A stretch of DNA of 64,000 nt from an uncultured Oscillospiraceae bacterium (GCA_958366985.1 CATXDC010000004.1:118187-182186), one strand, 5' to 3'. Counted from the stretch's first letter, positions 48,570 to 58,563 are shown. Notes: generated by a model from the sequence alone, not told the origin. Made by a program: numbers and translations.

Positions 48570-49760
48570 TTATTCGCTCTCCTGAGAAATTTCGAATTTT
48601 TCTTCTATGGCAATATTCTCTTCACAGATAAAGGTTCCCTTTATTCTCCATCCGGAATTATATTCACCGCTTTCTATGTTCTCGGATAAAATTTTAACGC
48701 TGCCTTTAAGATCTTCATACTGTTTTTGAAATTCCATTGCGGCAAGATTTCCCGCTTCAGCGGCAGTGATTGCTTCCTCAGCTTCACTTGTAACTGTAAC
48801 CGTATTTCTTATTATGCCCAGCGGCAGCTTTGTTTTGCCGGCATATGCATATGTTTTTTTGATTTCTTCCTCATATTCTCCCTGGGGATATTCCGCTTTT
48901 TTTATGGGTATTTCAAAGCCGAAAAACAAAACCGTATATCCTGTGGATTTATATCCCGTATACTTTCTGCATTTAATTTTATTTGGTATTATCACTTCAA
49001 TTTCTCTGACTGTTTTTGCAATCACCTCACCTTTTGCATGGTGAAATACAGGAGTTCCGTCTTCGTTTTCGGTTATACCGTTTATAAGCAAATCTCCCTT
49101 TGCAACGGCATCGCCTTGTTTCACTTCGCCCTTACCCTCATAAACTTTTATGGACAATATCTGACCTCCCTGAGAGGCTTTTATGTTGCATGGCGTTTTA
49201 TCGTCGGCAATCTCAGGAACCGGAACTTTTTCTCTTACCTCAATTCTCGCCGTGCTTCCGTCCAGGTTTATAGCTATCCATGAAAAATCAGGGAGATCCG
49301 TATAGGCCTTAAGCTGAATCTGTGAGGTATCTATATCCTTTTTTCTTTTTCCTATGGAAACTCCCATTGAGTCGAAAATCTCAATTATGGAATCGGAAGA
49401 AAACCGCTCGTTTCCGCTTACTTCAACATACCAGATTCTCGTTGAAAGGAATGAGAGCATCATAACGAAAAACAAAGCTCCCGCAACCATTCCCCAGCGG
49501 TATTTGTATCTGTCAAGGAAAAATGGCAGTCCGTTTCTTGTTCTGATTTTAAGACGAACCCCTGAACGCCTTGCCGCACTTCTTATGTTTTTATAGCCTT
49601 TAATTGTAGTACAGGCGCAAAATCCACCTGAATCACTTTTAAGGTTCCAGAGCGGTATTCCGTCCCGTGAGCACAGATTTATAAATCTTTCTGTAAATCC
49701 TTCTCTGCCGTAAAAGGTTACATATCCCGTTAAAAATCGTATTAAAACTACAAAAAACAT
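48570..49760 (-). CDS. yqfD: sporulation protein YqfD (stage IV sporulation)
   Basis: N-terminal signature ...YVTFYGREGFTERFINLCSRDGIPLWNL and a central TM segment. Confidence 0.8.
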   Translation of the reverse strand: MFFVVLIRFLTGYVTFYGREGFTERFINLCSRDGIPLWNLKSDSGGFCACTTIKGYKNIRSAARRSGVRLKIRTRNGLPFFLDRYKYRWGMVAGALFFVMMLSFLSTRIWYVEVSGNERFSSDSIIEIFDSMGVSIGKRKKDIDTSQIQLKAYTDLPDFSWIAINLDGSTARIEVREKVPVPEIADDKTPCNIKASQGGQILSIKVYEGKGEVKQGDAVAKGDLLINGITENEDGTPVFHHAKGEVIAKTVREIEVIIPNKIKCRKYTGYKSTGYTVLFFGFEIPIKKAEYPQGEYEEEIKKTYAYAGKTKLPLGIIRNTVTVTSEAEEAITAAEAGNLAAMEFQKQYEDLKGSVKILSENIESGEYNSGWRIKGTFICEENIAIEEKFEISQESE

Positions 49761-49790
49761 TTTCTCCGCTCCTCTTCTTTAAAAGTGAAT

Positions 49791-50093
49791 TTATGAGGAA
49801 AACTCAACGGACGCTATACTGCCTGTTACAGTTGTCTGCTCCGCTGCCATTGACGGAATAGTAAGTCCCGCTCCCGTGATTTTTATAATCATATTACCGA
49901 GATTCAAACGCACTATACTTTCATCGTATTCCAAAATTCCACGGCATCCGTCAACGGAAATTTCACGGTTTCCCGTAAGCTCTATTTTAGCAAGACCTGC
50001 CCCTACAATCGCCGAAAGCTCTCCCGTATCCTCCGGAGAGCTTTTGAAAATTCTTTCCGCTAAGGTCTTGGCTCCTTTTTTCCCTTTAGACAT
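49791..50093 (-). CDS. yqfC: sporulation protein YqfC
   Basis: YqfC family (...IELTGNREISVDGCRGILEYDESIVRLNLG...). Confidence 0.8.
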   Translation of the reverse strand: MSKGKKGAKTLAERIFKSSPEDTGELSAIVGAGLAKIELTGNREISVDGCRGILEYDESIVRLNLGNMIIKITGAGLTIPSMAAEQTTVTGSIASVEFSS

Positions 50094-50202
50094 AACCTAT
50101 CACCCTTTCAAAAAAGAATATGCCGTTTTTGATTTAAAAATTACATTGCTGCATATACATTAAAGGCGGTATGAAAATTTACAGGAAACGGGGTGTGCTC
50201 CT

Positions 50203-51279
50203 TTGAAAATAATAAAATCAAAAACCGCACATATTTTAAAATACATACCTGCCGTCACCGGAAGCTGCCTTATGGCATTTCTTCTGCTGCTTATGCCGGA
50301 AAAAGCCGCCGAAGGGGTACGCAAAGGTCTCGATATATGCGCTGTATCAGTAATTCCATCCCTCTTCCCCTTTATGGCGCTTTCATCCTTTTTAATCAAT
50401 TCACGCCTTTGCCTTTTCAGAGGGAAAATAGCTAATGCTATAGGGAAAAAGCTTTTCTCTCTCCCCGGAAGCGCTCTTTCGGCAGTTTTTATGAGCCTTA
50501 TAGGTGGATTCCCCGTAGGCGCTTCCATGACATCAAAGCTTCTTGCAAACGGAGAAATAACAAAAAATCAGGCTCAGAGAATGATGCTTTTCTGTGTCAA
50601 TGCAGGTCCCGCTTTTGTAATAGGCACTGTTGGAGTTTCCATGCTCGCAAACGCTGCCGCCGGAGGAATAATTCTTATCTCCCTTTTAATATCGTCATTA
50701 TCAATGGGATTTTTTTCTTTTCTAATTTCCGACGGAGAATTTACAACACCCAAAGAATACAAAAACGAAGCAGCTCCTGAATTTTCGCAGGCATTTACAC
50801 GAAGCGTTGCCGACGCTGCCGGAGCAATGTTTTCAATTTGCGCATGGGTTATACTTTTTTCCTGCGTAAACGCCTTTACGGATCTTCTGTCAATCAGTGA
50901 AAGCGGAAAAATTTTTATTAAATCCGTCTTAGAAGTTACAACAGGTTCCTTTGCCGCTGCCGGAAATGTTTCTCTTCCCATAATGTGCCTGATTATAGGC
51001 TTTGGAGGAATATGCGTACACTGTCAGGTAATGGGATTCGCTGCCGAAACAGGAATAAAACCTTCCCTTTTTATTGCGGCAAGAATTATAAACGGAGCTA
51101 TCGCAGCAATGGTATGCGCTGTTATACTTAAGTTTTTCCCTATTTCCACCACTGTTATGTCAAATACGGTGCAGGGTGTCCCCCAGGCATACTCAGCCTC
51201 CATACCCGCAGCTGCCGGACTTCTTGTAATGGGAGGTCTGCTTATTTTGGAACTTGATAGCAAACGCAAAATATGCTAA
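50203..51279 (+). CDS. sporulation integral membrane protein YlbJ-like (nucleoside-recognition/Gate domains)
   Basis: 358-aa polytopic membrane protein with two Gate-like halves; family call by composition and context, moderate. Confidence 0.5.
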   Translation: MKIIKSKTAHILKYIPAVTGSCLMAFLLLLMPEKAAEGVRKGLDICAVSVIPSLFPFMALSSFLINSRLCLFRGKIANAIGKKLFSLPGSALSAVFMSLIGGFPVGASMTSKLLANGEITKNQAQRMMLFCVNAGPAFVIGTVGVSMLANAAAGGIILISLLISSLSMGFFSFLISDGEFTTPKEYKNEAAPEFSQAFTRSVADAAGAMFSICAWVILFSCVNAFTDLLSISESGKIFIKSVLEVTTGSFAAAGNVSLPIMCLIIGFGGICVHCQVMGFAAETGIKPSLFIAARIINGAIAAMVCAVILKFFPISTTVMSNTVQGVPQAYSASIPAAAGLLVMGGLLILELDSKRKIC

Positions 51280-51304
51280 AATTCCCTTAATGGGAGGCGG
51301 AATT

Positions 51305-51514
51305 ATGAAGCTTTACGGAAAAAATATAGACAGCGCCTGCGAATATTGCAGGTACGGAAAACGTTCTTCTGAAAAGGACGTAGTATTGTGCGTAAAAAAG
51401 GGCATTGTTTCGGCAGGATTTTCATGCAGCAAATTCAAATATGACCCATTAAAAAGAATCCCAAAGCGCAGACCACCCATGCCAAAATATTCTCCTGAAG
51501 ATTTTGAGCTGTAA
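51305..51514 (+). CDS. small Cys-containing hypothetical protein
   Basis: 70 aa from ATG 51305 after a ggagg RBS; CxxC (CEYCRYG) plus two additional Cys residues. Confidence 0.4.
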   Translation: MKLYGKNIDSACEYCRYGKRSSEKDVVLCVKKGIVSAGFSCSKFKYDPLKRIPKRRPPMPKYSPEDFEL

Positions 51515-51534
51515 AGGCATAAAAAAGAAAAGCC

Positions 51535-51885
51535 ATGCCATCTAAAGAAATTGAGAAATATTTGAATTTGGTTGACGAAAGAGCACAGCTTAAAGTGCTG
51601 CCCATAATTGAGTATATTGAATCGCATTATCCTAAAGCTGTTTTTGACACTGAGCATTCAGAAAAAACCAAAATTCCCACCTATCGTTTTGAAGATAATT
51701 TTGTAGGTATCGGCTGCCGAAAGCACTATATAAGTCTATATTTCAGCAGCGAAAGACCTGTTAAAATTATAGGAAGTCTTACTGAAAGAGTAAGATGCAA
51801 CAAGAACTCCGTAAACATAAGCTACTGCGGCGAAACGGATTATGAAGCCTTATTCAGAGGTATAAACACAGAGCTTAAAGGATGA
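51535..51885 (+). CDS. DUF1801 (YdhG-like) domain protein
   Basis: Fold signature ...LPIIEYIESHYPKAVFDTEHSEKTKIPTYRFEDNFVGIGCRKHYISLYF... Confidence 0.45.
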   Translation: MPSKEIEKYLNLVDERAQLKVLPIIEYIESHYPKAVFDTEHSEKTKIPTYRFEDNFVGIGCRKHYISLYFSSERPVKIIGSLTERVRCNKNSVNISYCGETDYEALFRGINTELKG

Positions 51886-51958
51886 ATAAAATAAATATAA
51901 AAAGAACGACATAAAAAAATCCGATCTTACCGATCGGATTTTTGCTTTATTTCTAAGT

Positions 51959-52531
51959 TTATAAAAGTATTGGCTGAAGCTGCTGACCCTTTACAGCGGC
52001 TTCTATTGCGTTTGCGGTAAGTGAAAAATCTGCCACAATGGAATTGGGCTTTTTCACATAATCATCCTGACGCATTGGGACAAAAAATACATTCTTATAA
52101 TTCATAAGCTGACCTATGTTTTTCGCTGCTGCGCCTAAGGCATCGTTTGTGGAAACTGCTATAAGCAGCGGTCTGCCGTTACGCAGATGAGCCTTTGCAG
52201 CAAGGGTTACGGTGGTATCAGTTATTCCGTTTGCAAGCTTTCCGAGAGTGTTGCCGGTACAGGGTTCAATGAGAAGTATATCAAGAAGTTTTTTGGGGCC
52301 TATGGGCTCCGCCTCGGTTATTCCGGTTATTATCTTTTTTCCGCATATGGTTTCTATTCTGCCACGAAAATCCTGAGCGTCACCAAACCTTGTATCTGTG
52401 GAATATGCATTTTCGCTCATTATAGGTATTACATCAAATCCTGATTTCACAAGATTTTCTATCTGTTCAATTGCCTTTGCAAAGGTGCAAAAAGATCCGC
52501 ACAATGCAAAGCCAACTTTTAATTTCTCCAT
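51959..52531 (-). CDS. dpaB: dipicolinate synthase subunit B (flavoprotein)
   Basis: Flavoprotein fold with N-terminal GFALCGSFCTF; SpoVFB family. Confidence 0.85.
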   Translation of the reverse strand: MEKLKVGFALCGSFCTFAKAIEQIENLVKSGFDVIPIMSENAYSTDTRFGDAQDFRGRIETICGKKIITGITEAEPIGPKKLLDILLIEPCTGNTLGKLANGITDTTVTLAAKAHLRNGRPLLIAVSTNDALGAAAKNIGQLMNYKNVFFVPMRQDDYVKKPNSIVADFSLTANAIEAAVKGQQLQPILL

Positions 52532-53388
52532 CAGCTATCCTCCTTTACTGTATTTACTATGGTTTTTGCTATTATTTCTCCTGCGCTTTCAGGGGCAATC
52601 TTTCCGGGAAGTCCCGAAGCGAGTATAACATTTACTCCCGCTGCACGTGCTTTTTCAAGGTCTGTACCGTAAGGAGCAGACGCCGCTTCCGCATAGAGAC
52701 ACCCTTTAAGCTGCTTAATATGCTTTTCACTTATAATCTCAGCAGGAACAGTATTTACTGCCATTCTGATTTTTTCGGGAATGTCAAAATCATCCGATAT
52801 GTTAACTGTCTTGAAACCTCTTTTTTCAGCCTCAGCTAAAACAGACGCCCTGCGTGCACCTATTATCACATCTGCTCCCATGGCCTTGAATAGCTCTCCA
52901 ATAGCTTTACCTGTTTTGCCGAAACCGAAAACGGCAACCGCCGCCCCGTCTACTGTAACTGGAAGCTCCCTCAAAGCTATTTCGGCAATACCCTCAGCTG
53001 TGGGAACTGCGTTTAAAAGCTGAAAATCTTCACGGGAGTAGCAGTCATAAATTTTATTTTCGGAGAAAAGCTTTTTGATATCATCAGACATTTTGCCGCC
53101 GAAAACGCTCTTTCCCTTTCCGATGAATTCCGAAAGGGATGTTATGCTTATTTTATTCTCCGAAAAAGGCGCATTTATATTTTCGCCGTCCCGTGTAAGG
53201 GGAAGCGGAAGCACAACGGCATCATAAAGATATGCATTTTCTGCACTTTCAGCTTTATACGGAACAGCTCCGCCATATTTTTCAAAGCCTGCCGCCGCTG
53301 TTTCATATCCCATTTTTTTCAGCTTGTCTGCTGCATAAAGCTGTCTTTCATCGCCGCCTGCAAAAAGAAAACTTCCGATTTTCTCCAT
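52531..53388 (-). CDS. dpaA: dipicolinate synthase subunit A
   Basis: Rossmann GxGxxG (VFGFGKTGKAIG); start at ATG 53388 after a GGAGG RBS; the ORF track extends to 53442. Confidence 0.85.
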   Translation of the reverse strand: MEKIGSFLFAGGDERQLYAADKLKKMGYETAAAGFEKYGGAVPYKAESAENAYLYDAVVLPLPLTRDGENINAPFSENKISITSLSEFIGKGKSVFGGKMSDDIKKLFSENKIYDCYSREDFQLLNAVPTAEGIAEIALRELPVTVDGAAVAVFGFGKTGKAIGELFKAMGADVIIGARRASVLAEAEKRGFKTVNISDDFDIPEKIRMAVNTVPAEIISEKHIKQLKGCLYAEAASAPYGTDLEKARAAGVNVILASGLPGKIAPESAGEIIAKTIVNTVKEDS

Positions 53389-53574
53389 AAAACAATTCCT
53401 CCATACAATCCCCAAAATTCCTTTGACAAAAACAGTTCCCATTAAACAGGGTCATTATCATAATATGGAAATCACCGTTCAGAGTGCATGATTTTAATTT
53501 TATTCATTCAATTCTCAAAAAGCTGTTTATTTATTTAGTGTTTTGCAATATAATGTATGTATTAAGAAGAAGAG

Positions 53575-54963
53575 GTGACAGCTTTGTACGATATAGATAA
53601 TCTACTTAAATCTGTAAAAAGAGTTCATTTTATAGGTATAGGCGGTTCCGGAATGTGCCCCCTTGCTGAAATTCTTATTTCCGAGGGATACAAAATTTCC
53701 GGTTCGGACAACAACGAAAGCGACAATCTCGTAAAGCTGCGTTCATTGGGTGTTCCTGTACACATGGGACAAAAGGCAGAAAACATCAAAGGCGCTGAAA
53801 TGATTGTATACACTGCGGCGCTTCTACCCGATAATCCTGAGCTTGTAGCGGCTAAGGAAAGCGGAATCCCCACATTTGAACGTTCAAAGCTTTTCGGAGC
53901 AATCAGCCGGCTTTATCCCGACTGCATAGGCGTTTGCGGCACTCACGGAAAAACCACCGTTACTTCAATGCTCACTCAGATTTACATCACCTGCGGAAAA
54001 GATCCGTCAGCGGTTATTGGCGGAACCCTTCCACTTATCGGCAGCCACGGAAGAGTTGGTAAAAGCGATACTCTTATCTGCGAAGCCTGTGAGTTTGTTG
54101 ATACATTCCTCGACCTTTCCCCCGACACTGCGGTTATACTGAACATCGACGAGGATCATCTTGACTACTTCAAGACTCTTGATAATCTTATTCTTTCTTT
54201 CCACAAGTTTGCTTCCATGGCAACAAAAGCGGTCATATATAACGGCGATGATGCAAACACGCTCAAAGCTGTTAAAGACTGCGGAGAAAAGGATAAAATA
54301 ACATTCGGTTTTGAAAAGACCAACGACTTCTATCCTGAGAATATCACAATGACAAGAGGGGCTTTCCCGAAGTTCACCGCAATGCATAAGGGTGAAGTTT
54401 TAGGCGAGGTTCAGCTTTCAGTTCCCGGCACACACAATGTTCTTAACGCTCTTGCTGCAATTGCCGTTTCCGTTTACGGCGGAATTGAGGCAAAGGAAGC
54501 TATAAAGGCAATTGAGCAGTTCAGAGGAGCCGGCAGAAGATTTGAATTCCTTGCAGAAGAAAAAGGCATTACAATTGCCGATGATTATGCGCATCATCCC
54601 GCAGAGCTTAAAGTAACCCTTGAAGCTGCAATGGCAATGGATTTCAATGAAGTCTGGGCAGTATTCCAGCCCTTCACCTATTCGAGAACCTATACTTTAA
54701 TGGATGATTTTGCAGAGGTTCTTAAAATCCCCCAGCACACAGTTATGACGGAGATAATGGGTTCCCGTGAAAGGAACACATACAACGTATACACCTCTCA
54801 GCTGGCAGAAAAAATTCCCGGCAGCGTATGGTTCAACACCTTTGAAGAAGTTTCCGACTATGTTGTAAGCCATGCAAAACCCGGCGATCTTGTAATCACT
54901 CTCGGCTGCGGCGATATTTACAAAGCGGCAAAGATGATGATTAAAAAGCTCAGAGAAAACTAA
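53575..54963 (+). CDS. murC: UDP-N-acetylmuramate--L-alanine ligase
   Basis: Mur ligase motifs (VHFIGIGGSGM, GTHGKTTV, C-terminal DDYAHHP); non-ATG start (GTG or TTG). Confidence 0.95.
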   Translation: MTALYDIDNLLKSVKRVHFIGIGGSGMCPLAEILISEGYKISGSDNNESDNLVKLRSLGVPVHMGQKAENIKGAEMIVYTAALLPDNPELVAAKESGIPTFERSKLFGAISRLYPDCIGVCGTHGKTTVTSMLTQIYITCGKDPSAVIGGTLPLIGSHGRVGKSDTLICEACEFVDTFLDLSPDTAVILNIDEDHLDYFKTLDNLILSFHKFASMATKAVIYNGDDANTLKAVKDCGEKDKITFGFEKTNDFYPENITMTRGAFPKFTAMHKGEVLGEVQLSVPGTHNVLNALAAIAVSVYGGIEAKEAIKAIEQFRGAGRRFEFLAEEKGITIADDYAHHPAELKVTLEAAMAMDFNEVWAVFQPFTYSRTYTLMDDFAEVLKIPQHTVMTEIMGSRERNTYNVYTSQLAEKIPGSVWFNTFEEVSDYVVSHAKPGDLVITLGCGDIYKAAKMMIKKLREN

Positions 54964-54967
54964 ATGA

Positions 54968-55006
54968 CAAAAATCCGGATGGCATATAGCCTCCGGATTT
55001 TTTATT
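54968..55006. terminator. bidirectional terminator after murC
   Basis: aaaaatccggatggcatatagcctccggatttttt. Confidence 0.65.
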
Positions 55007-55022
55007 TATAAGTATATAAAAT

Positions 55023-55589
55023 TTAAGCATGTGATCTCTCAGTTAAACCATCAATTTTCCAAGGCGCTAATCTAAAATTCAATTCATTATTAATAAGCAG
55101 CATTGAGTACACCGAATCCATATGTACAATTTTCTCTTTTGAATATTCTATATCTACCTCATTGTCACAAAAAACATACTCAAAGCCATAAGGCAAAATA
55201 TTTTTAATTATTGCTTTTATTTTGCTCTCCAATATATCAATTCCATTGACGATATCAAAATTCTCTTCAGGAATCTCAAATAAAGCACCTTGATAACCGT
55301 CGCCTTTTTTAAGCTTAAATAATACCCCACTGACACATCTTTTTTCTATTAAATAATCAATATGCAGTTCACATAAATTATTTGAATAGCAATCAGACAA
55401 TGCGGAATCTATTTCTTTAATGGACATCGTTTTTTCTTTCCAACTTATGCACTCACTGTCTAACGGATATTTTAAAGTCATTCTTTGAATATTCGCTCCG
55501 AACATATTAAAAGCTCTTTTGCATAATTCCAAAAACTCACTCGGTTCACATTTTCCTGCTACCAAACCTACACTTATGTAACTTCCCAT
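55023..55589 (-). CDS. hypothetical protein in AT-rich block
   Basis: 188-aa soluble protein with no recognisable motif and markedly lower GC than its neighbours. Confidence 0.4.
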   Translation of the reverse strand: MGSYISVGLVAGKCEPSEFLELCKRAFNMFGANIQRMTLKYPLDSECISWKEKTMSIKEIDSALSDCYSNNLCELHIDYLIEKRCVSGVLFKLKKGDGYQGALFEIPEENFDIVNGIDILESKIKAIIKNILPYGFEYVFCDNEVDIEYSKEKIVHMDSVYSMLLINNELNFRLAPWKIDGLTERSHA

Positions 55590-55823
55590 ATCTTATTTTC
55601 TCCTGTTTTAATTATTTAGGCGTATTATATTTCGACTTAAAACTTCAAATATGTTTTAATGAGTGCTGTACTTAGAATTATAACTTGCAAAACATCTTTA
55701 CGCAACGGAACCTTTTAGTTTCTTATAATTTTCATTTCCGAATTAAATATGCCTATCAGCATTATATCCATTTTTACATTTTTATAACAAATTCGCATAT
55801 ATGTATAAAAAATCAATATGATA

Positions 55824-55852
55824 TTGACTTTTGTATGGACTGATATTACAAT
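55824..55852 (+). promoter_or_regulatory. near-consensus sigma-A promoter TTGACT-17-TACAAT upstream of the GH18 lipoprotein gene
   Basis: Hexamers at 55824-55829 and 55847-55852 with a 17-nt spacer. Confidence 0.55.
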
Positions 55853-55898
55853 TTTTGCGTGCACGTACACGTGTAATATATTTGAGGGAGAAACAAAT

Positions 55899-57302
55899 AT
55901 GAAACAGAAAATGAAAATTCTAATGCGCTGTTTTGCATTGACAATAGTTATATTATTGTTGCTTACAGGATGTATCGGTAATAAAACAGATTTGGCAGAA
56001 GAGAATAATGTGAATCCGATATCGCTTACGGCAGACGATACGGCATATGAAAAAATCTGTGACAGTAATAATAAAACATATGCTGAAATAGATCCCGGAG
56101 ACTCATTTACCGTTAATCTGAAGTCCCCTGAAAAAATCAATACTATAACTTTGCGTGAAAAGGGATCTGACTGCGAACTCTTTAATATTTACTGTGTCGA
56201 TTCAAAGGGAAACAAAAGTCTTATTTACACCGGCGACATAATAGATGATTACCTCTACTGTTCTTTTAAAGATACACAGGCAGTGCAAATAATTTTTGAA
56301 GTGGAAAAGGCAGATAAAACAGTTAAGCTCTGCGATATATCTGCATACTATAAAGAAAAAAACAATACAGATTTCAGAGTACATTCATATTTTGCGTTTT
56401 GGGGAAATGATGACACCTACTTTTCAGACCGAGTAAATGACAGTAACCTGAGTAAGACATTTGATATCACCACTGATGCAATCATAATTGGAAATGTATA
56501 CTGGAATGAAGACGGTACACTAAAATATCCGCAAAGTCAATTTGAAAGGGAACTTTCCGCATTGCGTCAAATTATCGGCGAGCGTGATGTCCGCATTTGG
56601 GTTTGCATATTAAATCCCAGAAAAGAGGACGGAACTATAGACAATAACGCCTCGGTAAGATCAATCAATAAAAACCTTGATAAGCTCACCGACAACATAG
56701 CTGCATTCAGTGAAAAATACGCTCTTGACGGTATTGATTTTGACTGGGAATATCCAAGACTTCCACATGTATGGAGTGCATACAATAAGCTTTTAACAAA
56801 TCTCAAACCAAAACTTGAGAAAAGCGGTACCCTTTTATCATCTGCACTTGGTCCCTGGGGAAATATGATGAACGATGAAGCAAAGGAAGCTCTCGATTTT
56901 GTAAATGTAATGTCATATGACTGGGCAAAAAACAAACGCAATAATCATGCAGAGTTCTATACCTGCCATTATTTCAGTGCAAAATATTTCCTGAACCACG
57001 GTTTCAAGAAAGAGCAGCTTGTTCTCGGTGTTCCCTTTTACGGAAGCACTACCGGTGATGAATACAGTCAAGCATCATATTCAAGTTTTGAAATAACCGA
57101 CAAAGGACAAAACACAGGAACACTTGACGGAAAAGAGTATTATTTTAACGGATATAACACCATATATTCCAAAACAGCATTTACTGCTGACAGCGGATTT
57201 GCAGGCATGATGATATGGAACGGACAGCTTGACTGCCCATACGAAAGCGAATACAGTCTTTTCAAAGCAATGGAAGAAGCAATTAATAACAGAGTTAATT
57301 GA
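55899..57302 (+). CDS. lipoprotein with glycoside hydrolase family 18 (chitinase-like) domain
   Basis: Signal peptide with lipobox LLTGCIG; GH18 catalytic DGxDxDWEYP motif (LDGIDFDWEYP); N-terminal beta-sandwich (discoidin-like) region. Confidence 0.75.
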   Translation: MKQKMKILMRCFALTIVILLLLTGCIGNKTDLAEENNVNPISLTADDTAYEKICDSNNKTYAEIDPGDSFTVNLKSPEKINTITLREKGSDCELFNIYCVDSKGNKSLIYTGDIIDDYLYCSFKDTQAVQIIFEVEKADKTVKLCDISAYYKEKNNTDFRVHSYFAFWGNDDTYFSDRVNDSNLSKTFDITTDAIIIGNVYWNEDGTLKYPQSQFERELSALRQIIGERDVRIWVCILNPRKEDGTIDNNASVRSINKNLDKLTDNIAAFSEKYALDGIDFDWEYPRLPHVWSAYNKLLTNLKPKLEKSGTLLSSALGPWGNMMNDEAKEALDFVNVMSYDWAKNKRNNHAEFYTCHYFSAKYFLNHGFKKEQLVLGVPFYGSTTGDEYSQASYSSFEITDKGQNTGTLDGKEYYFNGYNTIYSKTAFTADSGFAGMMIWNGQLDCPYESEYSLFKAMEEAINNRVN

Positions 57303-57337
57303 CAGAGCATATACATTTTAAATTTAAGTAATACAGA

Positions 57338-57368
57338 AAACGGGACAGTAAAAACTGTCCCGTTTTGA
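57338..57368. terminator. bidirectional terminator between the GH18 gene(+) and the anti-sigma gene(-)
   Basis: aaaacgggacagtaaaaactgtcccgtttt. Confidence 0.65.
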
Positions 57369-57381
57369 TATTTATAAGGTT

Positions 57382-58563
57382 TTATAAATTCTCCGTTCCG
57401 ATATATGTTACTTCCGGCTGTTCTCGGAGCTTTAAAATATCCTTTTTCTGGGCTACTACAAAAAATCCGTAGATATTAAGTCCGTCCTTTTCGACACTTT
57501 CGATTATACTGTCAAAGTCAACATCACCGGTATTCATCATCTTTACAATATCGTCGTTATCCCTGAGATAGGAAAGCATGGAAATAAAATGAGTTTTCAT
57601 AATTTCACCGTTTCCTGCATCCTCAACAACGCCGTCAAGATCAGTCAGTGACAAATACGGATATTTCTCCTTATCCCATCTGAAACATGTTCCTCCCGGT
57701 AAAACATTAAAGCCCATGTTTGGAGAAATAATCATTCCGGTTTCATCGCAAGCTCCCACAGCACACCACAGGTAATAATCAGGAATTCCAAATTTGACAA
57801 ACCATTTGTAAAAATCTTCATATGCCATCATATCTTTAAGAGTTACATAAACTCTGTAATACTTTGATTCATCAAGCTCCTCAATAGCTTTGTCTGCCTC
57901 TTTTCTTGTTCCGTTCAATCCAATCCGTTCGCCGGTATCTCCGTCCGTGGCTACGCTACCCATTATTTCTCTTCCAGGAACAAAAATATTAAAATTCGGC
58001 AGTCTTAAAGAATCTGAATCATAAAGAATAAGCTTATTTCTTTCGATAATTCCATCCACATTTTCAAAATTTCCGTCAATAGACTGATGCTGCCAAATTT
58101 TTATCCTGTACTTACCATATCCTAAATCTTCTGCAATTACCGCATCTCTGTAATCCCCCGGCATAAACATATCCGTATACACTGCCATATCAAGGGACAT
58201 CTGATTTATGCTGTATTCGTCCTCTATGATTTTTGCAGGTGAATAGTAAAACAGCGACACAAAATCAGGCAGTACAAATATTACAAACAAAATTATTGCA
58301 AGCACAACTGCTCCCGTAATAGTACCTGCTTTGATAAAAGCTTTGCGGATGGATTTCTGCACATAAGATATAAATTTTTCGTCAGCCTCAGTTTCTGTGG
58401 AAGATTCAGTTGTACTCAAATCGTCGAGCCCGGGAATTTTAGACTCATCAAAAAGATATTCGCTTATGGCGTCCTGCTTTTCGATATCGGCTTCTATTTC
58501 CTTTTTACGATTTTCATCGAGTTTTCCGCTTTTGTATAATTCAAGCAATTCACGGTATGTCAT
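57382..58563 (-). CDS. membrane-spanning anti-sigma factor with large extracytoplasmic domain
   Basis: Start at ATG 58563 (MTYRELLELYKSGKLDE...) overlapping the sigma-factor stop; single TM (AVVLAIILFVIFVL); extracytoplasmic domain of about 280 aa. Confidence 0.6.
   Translation of the reverse strand: MTYRELLELYKSGKLDENRKKEIEADIEKQDAISEYLFDESKIPGLDDLSTTESSTETEADEKFISYVQKSIRKAFIKAGTITGAVVLAIILFVIFVLPDFVSLFYYSPAKIIEDEYSINQMSLDMAVYTDMFMPGDYRDAVIAEDLGYGKYRIKIWQHQSIDGNFENVDGIIERNKLILYDSDSLRLPNFNIFVPGREIMGSVATDGDTGERIGLNGTRKEADKAIEELDESKYYRVYVTLKDMMAYEDFYKWFVKFGIPDYYLWCAVGACDETGMIISPNMGFNVLPGGTCFRWDKEKYPYLSLTDLDGVVEDAGNGEIMKTHFISMLSYLRDNDDIVKMMNTGDVDFDSIIESVEKDGLNIYGFFVVAQKKDILKLREQPEVTYIGTENL

Noticed and set aside
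50160-50528. 122-aa minus-strand ORF overlapping the start of the ylbJ-like gene, and the 80-aa ORF at 50193-50435
   Set aside because: They overlap a better-supported 358-aa membrane-protein gene in another frame; no RBS; likely spurious.
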